Part shown: in pieces, positions 9,498 to 18,318 of the stretch
How positions within the stretch are numbered: the first letter of the stretch is position 1
Layout of the letters: every line of letters starts with the position of its first letter
From: Eubacteriales bacterium
Lineage (GTDB): Bacteria > Bacillota > Clostridia > Oscillospirales > CAG-272
Length of the DNA: 64,000 nt
Direction of reading: 5' to 3'
Assembly (NCBI GenBank): GCA_045658565.1
Contig: JAZOVF010000003.1
Span: 28,998 to 92,997, forward strand
Notes under the pieces: model-generated
Seen by the model: the letters and a program-made list of their open reading frames with translations, nothing else
Database searches by the model: none
Told to the model about the DNA's origin: nothing
Made by a program: the position numbers and the translations under genes

Positions 9498-9854
9498 TTA
9501 TTTTGAGATTTTTAATACCGAAATTCTGTTATATCCTATGCCGTAAAAGGAGCTGATTAGTCGATATAGCTCCGAGCGCACCTCTGTGTTATCTGCACCC
9601 TCGCACATTATTGCTACCGCCAGAACCTCGCCCTCAGAGTCATAGCTCGCCTCGGCATAGCATCTGCCCACTCCCTCTACATAAGAGCAAAGCTCGGAGA
9701 GGGAGTTTACCTTTTCCTCGGGCTTCTCTGTACTCTGTGTTCCCGAGGCGAAAACCAAAAGGACTCCGAGACAAAGAGGTATTATGACACCGGGGAGCTT
9801 AAGACTCCTAAAAATTTCAAAAAAGCCTTTATCCGATTTCAATTTCTGCTTCAC
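9498..9854 (-). CDS. spoIIIAG: Stage III sporulation protein AG (short form, 118 aa)
   Basis: The call rests on its position between spoIIIAF and spoIIIAH. It has an N-terminal TM segment and a C-terminal ...VLAVAIMCEGADNTEV...ISVLKISK segment. Confidence 0.7.
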   Translation of the reverse strand: MKQKLKSDKGFFEIFRSLKLPGVIIPLCLGVLLVFASGTQSTEKPEEKVNSLSELCSYVEGVGRCYAEASYDSEGEVLAVAIMCEGADNTEVRSELYRLISSFYGIGYNRISVLKISK

Positions 9855-10287
9855 ACTCCCCTATTTCCATATTGTTTATGTACCTTTCTATTTCGTGATC
9901 GTCCGAGAGGGCGGCAGCTCCCGAGAGAATTACTCGTATTTTTTCTGCCCGCCAGCCCTCCGGGGTAAATCCGATAACCAAAATACGCACATCCGAGGAC
10001 TTAAGCCCGAATTTTTCGCACACCGCATTCCTTATCCCAAGACAAAAAGACTCTTCAAAAATTTGCTCAGAATCACCCTCGATTATCTCTGCGGGCGGTA
10101 TAATATCCTCATATCCCCCCGACACAAGCTCGGAAAGAGCATTCATAAAGGGAGCAGCAGCCACCGAAAACAAAAGAACACCAAATGCAAATCTACGCAC
10201 TCCGTCAAGCCTTGATTTATATGAAAGAAGCGATAGAAGCGAAAGCACCGACGATGTGGCAAAAAGGCTTACCATATATTCATTCAC
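9829..10287 (-). CDS. spoIIIAF: Stage III sporulation protein AF
   Basis: The call rests on its operon position and two N-terminal TM helices. The GTG start at 10287 overlaps the spoIIIAE stop by 1 nt. An alternative ATG lies at 10275. Confidence 0.7.
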   Translation of the reverse strand: MNEYMVSLFATSSVLSLLSLLSYKSRLDGVRRFAFGVLLFSVAAAPFMNALSELVSGGYEDIIPPAEIIEGDSEQIFEESFCLGIRNAVCEKFGLKSSDVRILVIGFTPEGWRAEKIRVILSGAAALSDDHEIERYINNMEIGECEAEIEIG

Positions 10288-11360
10288 TAAAGTGCGGCGC
10301 CCCCTTTCATAAACATTACAATTTCTATTATATATACAAGAATCGATACAGTATAAAGAGCAATCATCGAGTCAAGGGAGTATTTAAAGGCAGTAAGCAC
10401 CCGCACAGCACTTCCCCTGCCTAAAAATTCGGTGAAAGACAGGGTTACGGCAATTGTGGCTCGATACAAAAGAAGCATAATTAAGGGTGAAAGAGCCATT
10501 ACCGCAATTATCGCTATACCTCCTGCCCCAACAAGGCTTTTGGCATAAGCCAGCCCCGAAACAATGGTAGAAATAGCCCCCGACACCGAGCTGCCCACAA
10601 CAGGAATAAGCCCCGAGGCGGCGTATCTTGCAGCCCTTATTGCCGCACTGTCGGCAGCAGATGCCACCACCGTTTGCAAAGCAAAAACCGCGCTGAGCAC
10701 TGCCGAAATTGTGCCGACACAGAATATAAAAAAGCTTTTTACCCCTGCGGTTATCTTAAGACTGCTTTCGTCGCCAAAGGCGGTTATAAGCGCCATTGCA
10801 AGTCCCAGCCCCACCACCGAAATAAAGAAAGAGTTGCCCACTCCTCCAAGCAGCCAAAGGGTCAGATTCATTCCCGAACCCTGTACCGCAGCTGTGCCTC
10901 CTCCACCGCCCGCAAGAGTTATAGCCGTCATTACAGGCATAAGGGCTGAAAACACAGACGAAAGGGCTGAAAGCCCCTCGGCAACCTCAGAAAAAAGCGA
11001 GCCTATTTTTGAAAAAACAAGCAGAGTACAAACCGCACCCACTCCCGCCTCTATTGCCCCCGCCATTTCTCCTTCTATCATAGATGAAAGCGAAAGCAAA
11101 ACCGCGCTTCCCACAACGATAAGCAAAAAGGAAAAAATCTCCCCTCGTCTCTCCGAAAAGACCGACAATACCTCTGAAAGAAGCGCATCAGGTCCGATAA
11201 GGGAAATCACCCCCTTGTCATCCTCCAGCTTGTCCTTATACTCCTCGGGCATCGCCTCTCGAAAATTCTCTATATATTCATCCGCCTCTTTTGCCGAGCA
11301 GGTCAAGGAAAATGCGGCAAAAACGACAACTACTATTAACATTTTTATAGCTTTTTTCAT
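10287..11360 (-). CDS. spoIIIAE: Stage III sporulation protein AE (polytopic membrane protein)
   Basis: It has a signal-like N-terminus (MKKAIKMLIVVVVFAAFSL) and multiple Gly/Ala-rich TM helices. ATG 11360 overlaps the spoIIIAD stop (ATGA). The longer track ORF (to 11537) would run through spoIIIAD. Confidence 0.85.
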   Translation of the reverse strand: MKKAIKMLIVVVVFAAFSLTCSAKEADEYIENFREAMPEEYKDKLEDDKGVISLIGPDALLSEVLSVFSERRGEIFSFLLIVVGSAVLLSLSSMIEGEMAGAIEAGVGAVCTLLVFSKIGSLFSEVAEGLSALSSVFSALMPVMTAITLAGGGGGTAAVQGSGMNLTLWLLGGVGNSFFISVVGLGLAMALITAFGDESSLKITAGVKSFFIFCVGTISAVLSAVFALQTVVASAADSAAIRAARYAASGLIPVVGSSVSGAISTIVSGLAYAKSLVGAGGIAIIAVMALSPLIMLLLYRATIAVTLSFTEFLGRGSAVRVLTAFKYSLDSMIALYTVSILVYIIEIVMFMKGGAAL

Positions 11361-11737
11361 TTTATCAACGAAAGACCCAACTCGAGTATATCTAAAAAAC
11401 ATGGCATAACAATTACAAGTATTTCTATTTTTCCCGCTGACAGAAGAGCCTTTGATATTCCGCTTTCTCCAAGCTCGGATAAAATATCCGCACCTATGCC
11501 GAAAAGGTAGCCTGCACCTACTATTTTGGCGGCGCATTTTGCCGCCTCGCCTATACCTGCGCTGTCGGCAAAGCCCAGTATCTCGGAGGCTGTTTTTCCT
11601 ATTTCGGACGCCATGACCGAAAAGAGAATAGTACCTCCCAGGGCGGTAAATGCCCGCTTTCCCTTAAAGCCCGCCTCTGAGAGAAGATAAGCGGTTATGC
11701 CAATTAAAAGGGTTGCTCCAAGCCACTTCAAAATCAT
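11357..11737 (-). CDS. spoIIIAD: Stage III sporulation protein AD
   Basis: A 126-aa membrane protein. Its start at 11737 overlaps the spoIIIAC stop by 4 nt. The call also rests on operon position. Confidence 0.8.
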   Translation of the reverse strand: MILKWLGATLLIGITAYLLSEAGFKGKRAFTALGGTILFSVMASEIGKTASEILGFADSAGIGEAAKCAAKIVGAGYLFGIGADILSELGESGISKALLSAGKIEILVIVMPCFLDILELGLSLIK

Positions 11738-11928
11738 AGTGAAAATACGTCCTTTAAGGTTTGTATAAGAACACCTATACGCTGGGCCAGAAGTATAAGT
11801 ATTACCACCATACCGATAAGCGAAACGAGAGTTGCCTGCTCGTCCCTGCCCGACTTTGAAAGTATCTGGCAAACAACCGCAATTATAAGAGCAGCTCCCG
11901 CCACCTTTAATATAAGCTCAACATCCAT
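11734..11928 (-). CDS. spoIIIAC: Stage III sporulation protein AC
   Basis: 64 aa, MDVELILKVAGAALIIAVVCQILSKSGRDEQATLVSL..., which closely resembles the B. subtilis SpoIIIAC pattern. A GGAG lies 8 nt upstream of ATG 11928. Confidence 0.85.
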   Translation of the reverse strand: MDVELILKVAGAALIIAVVCQILSKSGRDEQATLVSLIGMVVILILLAQRIGVLIQTLKDVFSL

Positions 11929-11942
11929 AAAAGACTCCAAAA

Positions 11943-12434
11943 TTATATAATCATAATTACTGTGCCAAGGGCTGCCGCCACGGCAAGGGTGCGTGCAACC
12001 TTAATGTCCTTTGCATTTTGTTCCTTCTCCTTGGCTACAAGCTCCTTAAGCGAGGATACTGCCATGTTCAGTGCCTTCACAGTTCCCTCTTTATATTCCT
12101 TTCCAAAGGATGAAAAAAGGCTTGTCAACTCTGATTTTACCTCGTCGCACAGAGGAAGCTTTTCTTTCAACGACATATATGCCGAGGCGACCCCCTCTTT
12201 TTTAGCCAAATCAAGAAACCCGAGCGCGGAGAGAGCCTCGCTTGTAAAATCCCCTATAAGCTCCGATGGGGGTGTTAGATAGCAGTCTATCTGCCGCCTT
12301 ATGTGCTCTATAAGCGAAAGAAAGCCCTCCGAGAGCCTCTCCTTACGCTTAATTTTCTTTTCGTACTCTGATGAAAACACAAAAGCCGAAAAAAGAATAA
12401 GCCCTATTCCGAAAATTTTAAGAATTCCGCTCAT
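11943..12434 (-). CDS. spoIIIAB: Stage III sporulation protein AB
   Basis: 164 aa, with one N-terminal and one C-terminal TM segment. The start at 12434 overlaps the spoIIIAA 3' end. The call also rests on operon position. Confidence 0.8.
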   Translation of the reverse strand: MSGILKIFGIGLILFSAFVFSSEYEKKIKRKERLSEGFLSLIEHIRRQIDCYLTPPSELIGDFTSEALSALGFLDLAKKEGVASAYMSLKEKLPLCDEVKSELTSLFSSFGKEYKEGTVKALNMAVSSLKELVAKEKEQNAKDIKVARTLAVAAALGTVIMII

Positions 12435-13311
12435 TTTTATCCACCGTAAGAATATGTCTGCCGCCCTGCTCGGAAATCCCCGCAAAAACATCAAAGGCAG
12501 AAATTTCAAAAAGAGGTCTAAGCGATGCTTTTGACATAAGCTCACCGAAAGTGCGGGCATGGGCGGTTGCCACTATTGGAATACCGCACCTGAGGGTATC
12601 TTTGATAGCCGCGGAATCATCGCTTCCTATCTCGTCTATCATTACAACATCGGGAGACATTGTTCTGATTGCTATTTCAAGCCCTTTTTGTCTTTTATAG
12701 CCCTTTAATATATCCACCTCGCACCCCAAATAGTCCTCATCATAAAACTCCTCCCTCTCGTCGACAACACAAACTCTTAAAGGAGACTTTCCGCTACCAA
12801 GAATTCGGGCAAGTGAGCGTAGTGCGGTTGTTTTTCCTCCTCCGGGCGGAGAGTAAATCAGCAAGCCGGATGTGGCATAATAAAAGGCCGATGCAAGCTC
12901 GTCCCCGATGTCACACTCCCTGCCGGGAATTCTGAAAACAAGGGAGCTTATGTCCTCAACTCCCACAAACGACCTGTCCTCATATCTTGCAGAGCCAACA
13001 ACTCCGACACGTATTCCGTCGGCAAAGGGAATATACCCCTCGGAAATTTTGTCCCTGTGGGCATAGACCGCGCCGCCGCATATAGAGCCTACTGTGTTGG
13101 AAATCTCCTCTGCCGTAACCGAGCAAAAAAGCGGCAAAAGCTCTGTTCCGAGGCGCAAGGAGGCTCGTCCACCTGCCCTGAGTCTTATCTCCCTGATTTC
13201 AGAAAGACCGCCCCGCCTACCTCGACAAAGCTGAATTATTTCCTTTTCAACACGCTCGGGCAAAACAGAAATCGCCCTCTCTACCGCAACGCTTTTCTCT
13301 CTTGTCAGCAT
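12418..13311 (-). CDS. spoIIIAA: Stage III sporulation protein AA (secretion-type ATPase)
   Basis: It has Walker A SPPGGGKTT and Walker B VVMIDEIG. The start at ATG 13311 has AAGAGG 6 nt upstream. The track ORF extends to 13467 without support. Confidence 0.85.
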   Translation of the reverse strand: MLTREKSVAVERAISVLPERVEKEIIQLCRGRRGGLSEIREIRLRAGGRASLRLGTELLPLFCSVTAEEISNTVGSICGGAVYAHRDKISEGYIPFADGIRVGVVGSARYEDRSFVGVEDISSLVFRIPGRECDIGDELASAFYYATSGLLIYSPPGGGKTTALRSLARILGSGKSPLRVCVVDEREEFYDEDYLGCEVDILKGYKRQKGLEIAIRTMSPDVVMIDEIGSDDSAAIKDTLRCGIPIVATAHARTFGELMSKASLRPLFEISAFDVFAGISEQGGRHILTVDKNERNS

Positions 13312-13387
13312 AAACATCCTCTTTCCCTGCGTTATTATACAAAACCAATACGCTTGTTTAATAACGCAAATTTTGTATTTTTTTCTA

Positions 13388-13416
13388 TTGACAACCACCC
13401 TTCTATGTGCTAAAAT
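13388..13416 (+). promoter_or_regulatory. Sigma-A-type promoter candidate for abrB
   Basis: TTGACA (13388-13393), a 17-bp spacer, then TAAAAT (13411-13416). Confidence 0.5.
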
Positions 13417-13484
13417 AAGGTATATTTTTGGCATTCTATGCCGCCTTTTGGCGGCTGACGCAACCACAGAAAGGATTTTTTGCT

Positions 13485-13727
13485 ATGAAATCTACCGGCA
13501 TTATCAGAAACATTGACGAGCTTGGCCGAATAGTTGTCCCCAAAGAAATTCGTAAAAAATTGGGAATTGAAAACACAGACCCTGTTGAAATATATGTTGA
13601 AGGCGATAAAATAATTCTTACAAAATATCTTCCCGCCTGCCATTTTTGCGGAAATACCGAAGGTGTTTCTGATTTTAAGGGCAAAAAAATCTGCTCTGAG
13701 TGTATAAAATCTATTAAAGAAATATAA
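13485..13727 (+). CDS. abrB: AbrB-family transition-state regulator (SpoVT/AbrB swapped-hairpin domain) with a CxxC-x14-CxxC tail
   Basis: MKSTGIIRNIDELGRIVVPKEIRKKLGI... is near-identical in pattern to the AbrB N-domain. The start at ATG 13485 follows AAAGGA. Confidence 0.9.
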   Translation: MKSTGIIRNIDELGRIVVPKEIRKKLGIENTDPVEIYVEGDKIILTKYLPACHFCGNTEGVSDFKGKKICSECIKSIKEI

Positions 13728-13733
13728 AATCTA

Positions 13734-13768
13734 CCGCAGGACACCCAAGCTCCTGCGGATTTTTTTTA
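13734..13768 (+). terminator. Rho-independent terminator of abrB
   Basis: The stem pairs CCGCAGGA (13734-13741) with TCCTGCGG (13751-13758), followed by a T8 run. Confidence 0.8.
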
Positions 13769-13846
13769 TAAGCTCTTGATTTTCATGCTTCATTATGTTA
13801 CAATGTATGCGAAGATTTTTTTATATCTGAAAGGAAATATACTAAA

Positions 13847-14872
13847 ATGAAAGTTGTAACCTTTGGTGAGCTTATGCTCAGACTCCAGCCCTACAATTAC
13901 GAGAGATTTGTTCAGTGCGACCACGTTGAGTTTACATTCGGCGGTGGCGAGGCTAACGTTGCTGTTTCTCTTGCTAACTACGGTATGGATGCAACCTATA
14001 TTACCAAGCTCCCCGCACACGCTATCGGTCAGGCGGCTGTAAACAGCCTCAGAAGATATGGCGTTGACACAACAAAAATCGTTCGTGGCGGCGACAGAGT
14101 TGGTATCTACTTTAACGAGAAGGGCGCTTCTCAGAGAGGCTCTGTATGTATTTATGACAGAGCAAATTCCGCTATCGCAAAGGCTTCACGTGAGGACTTT
14201 GACTGGGATGCTATCTTTGAGGGTGCAGACTGGTTCCACTTCACCGGTATCACTCCCGCTCTTGGCGCAAATGTTGTTGAAATCTGCCGCGATGCCTGCA
14301 AGGCTGCAAAGGCTAAGGGCGTTAAGATTTCCTGCGACCTTAACTACCGCGGTAAGCTCTGGACAAGAGATCAGGCAAGAGAGGCTATGACCGACCTTTG
14401 CCAGTATGTTGATGTTTGCATCTCTAACGAGGAGGACGCAAAGGACGTATTCGGCATCGAGGCTGAGGCTACCGACATCTACGGCGGTAAGCTTAACCAC
14501 GAGGGTTACAAGTCTGTTGCAAAGCAGCTTGCTGATAAGTTTAACTTCGAGTATGTTGCAATCACTCTCCGTGAGAGCCGCTCGGCATTCGATAACGGCT
14601 GGTCCGCTATGCTCTATAACGTAGCTGACGACGAGTACTGCTTCTCCAAGAAGTATGACCTCCACATCATTGACCGTGTTGGCGGCGGTGACTCCTTCGG
14701 CGGCGGTCTTATCTACTCGCTCCTCAGCGGCAAGACCACTCAGGGCGCAGTTGAGTTTGCAGTTGCTGCATCTGCTCTTAAGCACTCTATCGAGGGTGAC
14801 TACAATATGGTTACTCTTGCAGAGGTTGAGAAGCTTGCTGGCGGCGACGGCTCGGGAAGAATTCAGAGATAA
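13847..14872 (+). CDS. kdgK: 2-dehydro-3-deoxygluconokinase (PfkB family sugar kinase)
   Basis: 341 aa. The N-terminus MKVVTFGELMLRLQP is KDG-kinase-like, and it has the PfkB signature DRVGGGDSFGGGLIY. Confidence 0.8.
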   Translation: MKVVTFGELMLRLQPYNYERFVQCDHVEFTFGGGEANVAVSLANYGMDATYITKLPAHAIGQAAVNSLRRYGVDTTKIVRGGDRVGIYFNEKGASQRGSVCIYDRANSAIAKASREDFDWDAIFEGADWFHFTGITPALGANVVEICRDACKAAKAKGVKISCDLNYRGKLWTRDQAREAMTDLCQYVDVCISNEEDAKDVFGIEAEATDIYGGKLNHEGYKSVAKQLADKFNFEYVAITLRESRSAFDNGWSAMLYNVADDEYCFSKKYDLHIIDRVGGGDSFGGGLIYSLLSGKTTQGAVEFAVAASALKHSIEGDYNMVTLAEVEKLAGGDGSGRIQR

Positions 14873-14885
14873 TTATATAACCACA

Positions 14886-14912
14886 AAGGGAGACTCTTGT
14901 CTCCCTTTTTCT
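14886..14912 (+). terminator. Rho-independent terminator of kdgK
   Basis: AAGGGAGAC, loop TCTT, GTCTCCCTT, followed by T-rich sequence. Confidence 0.8.
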
Positions 14913-14975
14913 TTGTATAATGAAAAAGTGCGGAGGCGACTCTTTTGTGAGATTTGCTTTCCACACTTTTTGTTT

Positions 14976-15326
14976 TTATATTTCCTTTTCTATCCAAGCC
15001 ATAAGGAGATTAACTATCCTTTCCTGCTGGCCTTCTGTAAGAGCTTTTCCCCGCTTTACATTATACCATTTTTCAAGACAGCCTCTACAGCAACATGCGC
15101 AGGCGTGCTGAGCAACAAAGACCGGATGGCCTCTCATTGGTGTTTGCCTACCGTCATTTGGAATTTCGGCAGGGGCGAGACGCTCTTTTACAAAATCTTC
15201 GGCATGGCGCCTTATGGTATCTCTGCCTTTTTCTTCAAAATAAAGCTTTTCCTTTTCGCAAAGATGAAATTTTGCTCTGAAGCTTGATTTTTTAAGTCTG
15301 GACAGAGTTTCGTCAATGGTTGGCAT
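14976..15326 (-). CDS. DUF4186 domain protein (Cys-rich, function unknown)
   Basis: 116 aa, with HPVFVAQHACACCCRGCLEKWY, which is typical of DUF4186. Its ATG overlaps the metH stop by 1 nt (TAATG). Confidence 0.7.
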   Translation of the reverse strand: MPTIDETLSRLKKSSFRAKFHLCEKEKLYFEEKGRDTIRRHAEDFVKERLAPAEIPNDGRQTPMRGHPVFVAQHACACCCRGCLEKWYNVKRGKALTEGQQERIVNLLMAWIEKEI

Positions 15327-17725
15327 TACCCAAAAAGCTCCTCCGCATATCTTACCGCATCCATGGCATCCTTTGCATATTTATCGGCGCCTATTTTTGC
15401 GGCATAATCGGCTGTCAGAACTGCACCACCTACAATGACCTTTGTTTTTGGGGCTTTTTTTCTAAGCTCTTTTATCGTCTCTTCCATTGCGGGAACGGTG
15501 GTTGTCATAAGAGCCGAAAGACCAACAAGAGGCGCACCCGATTCTACCGCCGACTGCACAACCGTCTCGGGGGAAACATCCTTACCAAGGTCAATTACGT
15601 TATATCCGTAATTTTCAAGTATAAGCTTTACAATATTTTTGCCTATATCGTGAATGTCTCCTTGGACCGTTGCGACAACAATTGTTTGCTTTTTCACACC
15701 TTTTTCGCCTGATACGGCCATATGGCTTTTAATTTTCTCAAATGCTGCCCCTGCCGCCTCGGCACTCATAAGAAGCCCGGGGAGATATACGGTTTTCTTC
15801 TCATACCCCTCGCCAACCTTATTAAGGGCGGGAATTATTTCTTCGTTTACTATTTTCAGAGGCTCGATACTCTTTAACAGCTCCTGTGTCAAATCTGCAG
15901 CCTTTTCCTTAAATCCCTTTATAATAGCTCTTGAAAGCTCCGAGGAATACTCCTCGGTTGTTTTTTTCTCGGCGGTGGGCTTTGGCGCTTCGGCTGTCAG
16001 AAGGCTTTCTGCCTTTTCGATATATTCCGCGCAGTTCTCGTCAAGTCCGGAAAGCACCCTATATGTATAATACACCCTCATCATATCGGCAGAATAGGGG
16101 TTCATTATTGCGGCACTTAAGCCCTTTGCCAAAGCTAAGGCAAAGAATGTGGAGTTTACCGCATCTCTTCCGGGAAGCCCGAAGGAGATGTTTGACACTC
16201 CCAGCGATGTGTGGCATCCAAGCTCCCCTCTTATAGCTTCAAGGGCAGAGAGGGTTACATTTGCCGCCTCAGAATCCGCACTTACAGTCATTGCAAGAGT
16301 ATCAAAAATTATGTCTTTTTTATTTATTCCGTAGCTTTCGGCAGTTTTAAGAATCTTTCTTGCGATATTAACTCTTTCCTCTGCGGTTTTTGGTATTCCC
16401 GACTCGTCAAGAGTCAGGGCAACGACTACACCGCCGTACTTTTTAACAAGGGGGAAAACCACCGCCATGCTCTCTGCCTTACCGTTAACAGAGTTTATCA
16501 TAGCCTTGCCATTATAGAGGCGGAGTGCCGACTCCATAGCTGCGGGGTCAGATGTATCTATCTGCAAAGGCAGGTTTGTCACCGCCTGAAGCTCGGTCAC
16601 ACAACGGGTTAGCATTTTGCACTCATCTATATCGGGAAGACCAACATTTACATCAAGTATGTGAGCGCCCTGCTCCTCTTCTCTCGTGCCCTCTGTCAGA
16701 ATATAGTCTATATCATTTTCTATAAGCGCCTGCTTAAAGCGTTTTTTTCCTGTTGGGTTTATTCTTTCTCCTATGAGTATTGGAGACTTGCCAAAGGTCA
16801 CCGCATGGGTATATGAAGAAACGGCGGTTATATTTTTTGGAGTAATAGGCAATGGCTTTTTACCCTCTGCTTTTTTGGCAAGAGCCGAAATATACTGGGG
16901 TGTTGTGCCGCAACAGCCTCCAAGAACTCTGACACCCCTATCAAAAAGTGAAATGCACTCCGAGGCAAAATCCTCCGGTGTTACATTATACCGTGTTTCA
17001 CCGTCAACCATCGAGGGCAGTCCTGCATTGGGCTTCAAAATCACAGGGACTGATGAGACCTCAAGAAGCTCGGATATAACAGAAGCGAGCCCCTCCGGGC
17101 CGAGAGAGCAGTTTGCACCGATAGCATCAGCACCCATTCCCTCAAGCAGTGCCGCCATGGCAGAGGGGGATGCGCCTGTCATAAGCTTTCCGTCATCACC
17201 GTAAGCATTGGTTACAATTACAGGCAATGTGGAATTTTCCTTTGCCGCAAGAAGAGCCGCCTTTGTCTCATAAGAGTCGTTCATTGTCTCTATTGCGATA
17301 AGGTCTGCTCCAAATTCCTCGCCAAGGCGTACCGTTTCGGCAAAAATCCCTACCGCCTCTTCAAAATCAAGGTCACCAAGCGGCGAGAGAAGCCTACCCA
17401 AAGGGCCTATATCAAGAGCTACAAACATGGGTTTTTTAGTCCTTGCCGTATCTCTTGCTTTTTTTGCATTGTTTATAGCTGCTCCGACAATATCACGCAG
17501 CTCCACCGAAGAGAATTTCAGCGAATTTGCCCCAAAGGTATTGGAATAAACAACATTACTCCCTGCCTCAAAATATGCTCTGTGTATTCCCGCTATTACC
17601 TCGGGGTGAGTGATATTCCACCTTTCGGGAAGCTCGCCGGGAACAAGCCCCTCTTTTTGCAAAAGAGTACCCATTCCACCGTCAAGCAGAACCGTATTAT
17701 TCTTTAAAAATTCTCTGAAATCCAT
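15326..17725 (-). CDS. metH: Cobalamin-dependent methionine synthase lacking the AdoMet activation domain
   Basis: 799 aa. It has an N-terminal homocysteine S-methyltransferase domain (GGCCGTTP), a pterin-binding domain, and a B12 cap plus B12-binding domain with the DxHxxG motif (GDIHDIGKNIV). Confidence 0.9.
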   Translation of the reverse strand: MDFREFLKNNTVLLDGGMGTLLQKEGLVPGELPERWNITHPEVIAGIHRAYFEAGSNVVYSNTFGANSLKFSSVELRDIVGAAINNAKKARDTARTKKPMFVALDIGPLGRLLSPLGDLDFEEAVGIFAETVRLGEEFGADLIAIETMNDSYETKAALLAAKENSTLPVIVTNAYGDDGKLMTGASPSAMAALLEGMGADAIGANCSLGPEGLASVISELLEVSSVPVILKPNAGLPSMVDGETRYNVTPEDFASECISLFDRGVRVLGGCCGTTPQYISALAKKAEGKKPLPITPKNITAVSSYTHAVTFGKSPILIGERINPTGKKRFKQALIENDIDYILTEGTREEEQGAHILDVNVGLPDIDECKMLTRCVTELQAVTNLPLQIDTSDPAAMESALRLYNGKAMINSVNGKAESMAVVFPLVKKYGGVVVALTLDESGIPKTAEERVNIARKILKTAESYGINKKDIIFDTLAMTVSADSEAANVTLSALEAIRGELGCHTSLGVSNISFGLPGRDAVNSTFFALALAKGLSAAIMNPYSADMMRVYYTYRVLSGLDENCAEYIEKAESLLTAEAPKPTAEKKTTEEYSSELSRAIIKGFKEKAADLTQELLKSIEPLKIVNEEIIPALNKVGEGYEKKTVYLPGLLMSAEAAGAAFEKIKSHMAVSGEKGVKKQTIVVATVQGDIHDIGKNIVKLILENYGYNVIDLGKDVSPETVVQSAVESGAPLVGLSALMTTTVPAMEETIKELRKKAPKTKVIVGGAVLTADYAAKIGADKYAKDAMDAVRYAEELFG

Positions 17726-17754
17726 GCTTTTCTCCCTAAGTTAAAGGATTGTTT

Positions 17755-18318
17755 TTATTCTATCCCAACAAATGCCGTCACCGACTTTGTAGGGGTCATA
17801 AGAAGAGATGCTCCAAGGGTAATCCCAATTCTTTTAGCAGGGTCCAAGAGGGCAAAAATATCCCTTTGAGCTTCAAGGGGGAGGTCTCCGTACCCCGGGC
17901 TGAAGCGGGGTCTCAGATTAACACCGTTCCTCTCTTTATACTCTTTAACAAACGTGTCACAAAGAGCCTCTACACGCTCTGTTCCCATAGCCGAAACAAG
18001 CAGAGAGCGAGAGGGGGAAAGACGTGTGTATTTTGCTATTTCCCTGTCAAAATTCATTCCCACGGTGGCGGCAAAGACTAATACCCTCTTGCAGCCTGCA
18101 AGATTTTTGGCAAGACTTTGAGACTTCACCTTAAAGAAGCCAAAGTCACACTCACCCTGATAAATATTTACCGCAAGCACCAAATAACATACCCCTTGGC
18201 TGACCCTTGGACAAGAAGGCAAGGTGAACTCGCTCTCTCCGCAACAGCCAGCATAGCGCAGGACCTCACTCGAGTCTATTTCGGGCAGTTTTATATTCTT
18301 TTCTACAAAAACCGTCAT
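17755..18318 (-). CDS. Stand-alone methionine synthase activation (AdoMet-binding) domain-like protein
   Basis: 187 aa, with FSPGYGDLPLEAQRDIFALLD...LMTPTKSVTAFVGI resembling the MetH reactivation domain. It lies between metF and metH and overlaps metF by 4 nt. Confidence 0.65.
   Translation of the reverse strand: MTVFVEKNIKLPEIDSSEVLRYAGCCGESEFTLPSCPRVSQGVCYLVLAVNIYQGECDFGFFKVKSQSLAKNLAGCKRVLVFAATVGMNFDREIAKYTRLSPSRSLLVSAMGTERVEALCDTFVKEYKERNGVNLRPRFSPGYGDLPLEAQRDIFALLDPAKRIGITLGASLLMTPTKSVTAFVGIE

Noticed and set aside
10564-11409. A 281-aa ORF antisense to spoIIIAE. Similar antisense ORFs occur at 36548-37222 (opposite rny), 53614-54462 (opposite gyrA) and 14186-14785 (opposite kdgK).
   Set aside because: All are embedded opposite well-supported genes. 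Their products are compositionally biased (Ser/Pro/Ala/Thr-rich or Cys/Leu/Asn-rich) with no recognisable motifs.
11361-11537. Long N-terminal extensions in the ORF track for spoIIIAE, and likewise for spoIIIAD to 11872, spoIIIAB to 12560, spoIIIAA to 13467, mnmG to 35178, the gerA-family gene from 30461, tcdA to 7610 and dnaA to 62036
   Set aside because: The extensions overlap the preceding gene or a spacer and lack an RBS. They encode Arg/Cys-rich junk before an internal Met that has a proper Shine-Dalgarno sequence and a family-typical N-terminus.
14655-15287. A 210-aa plus-strand ORF overlapping the kdgK 3' end and running antisense to the DUF4186 gene
   Set aside because: It runs through the kdgK terminator and lies opposite a recognisable DUF4186 gene. 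Its product is Leu/Ser/Phe-rich.
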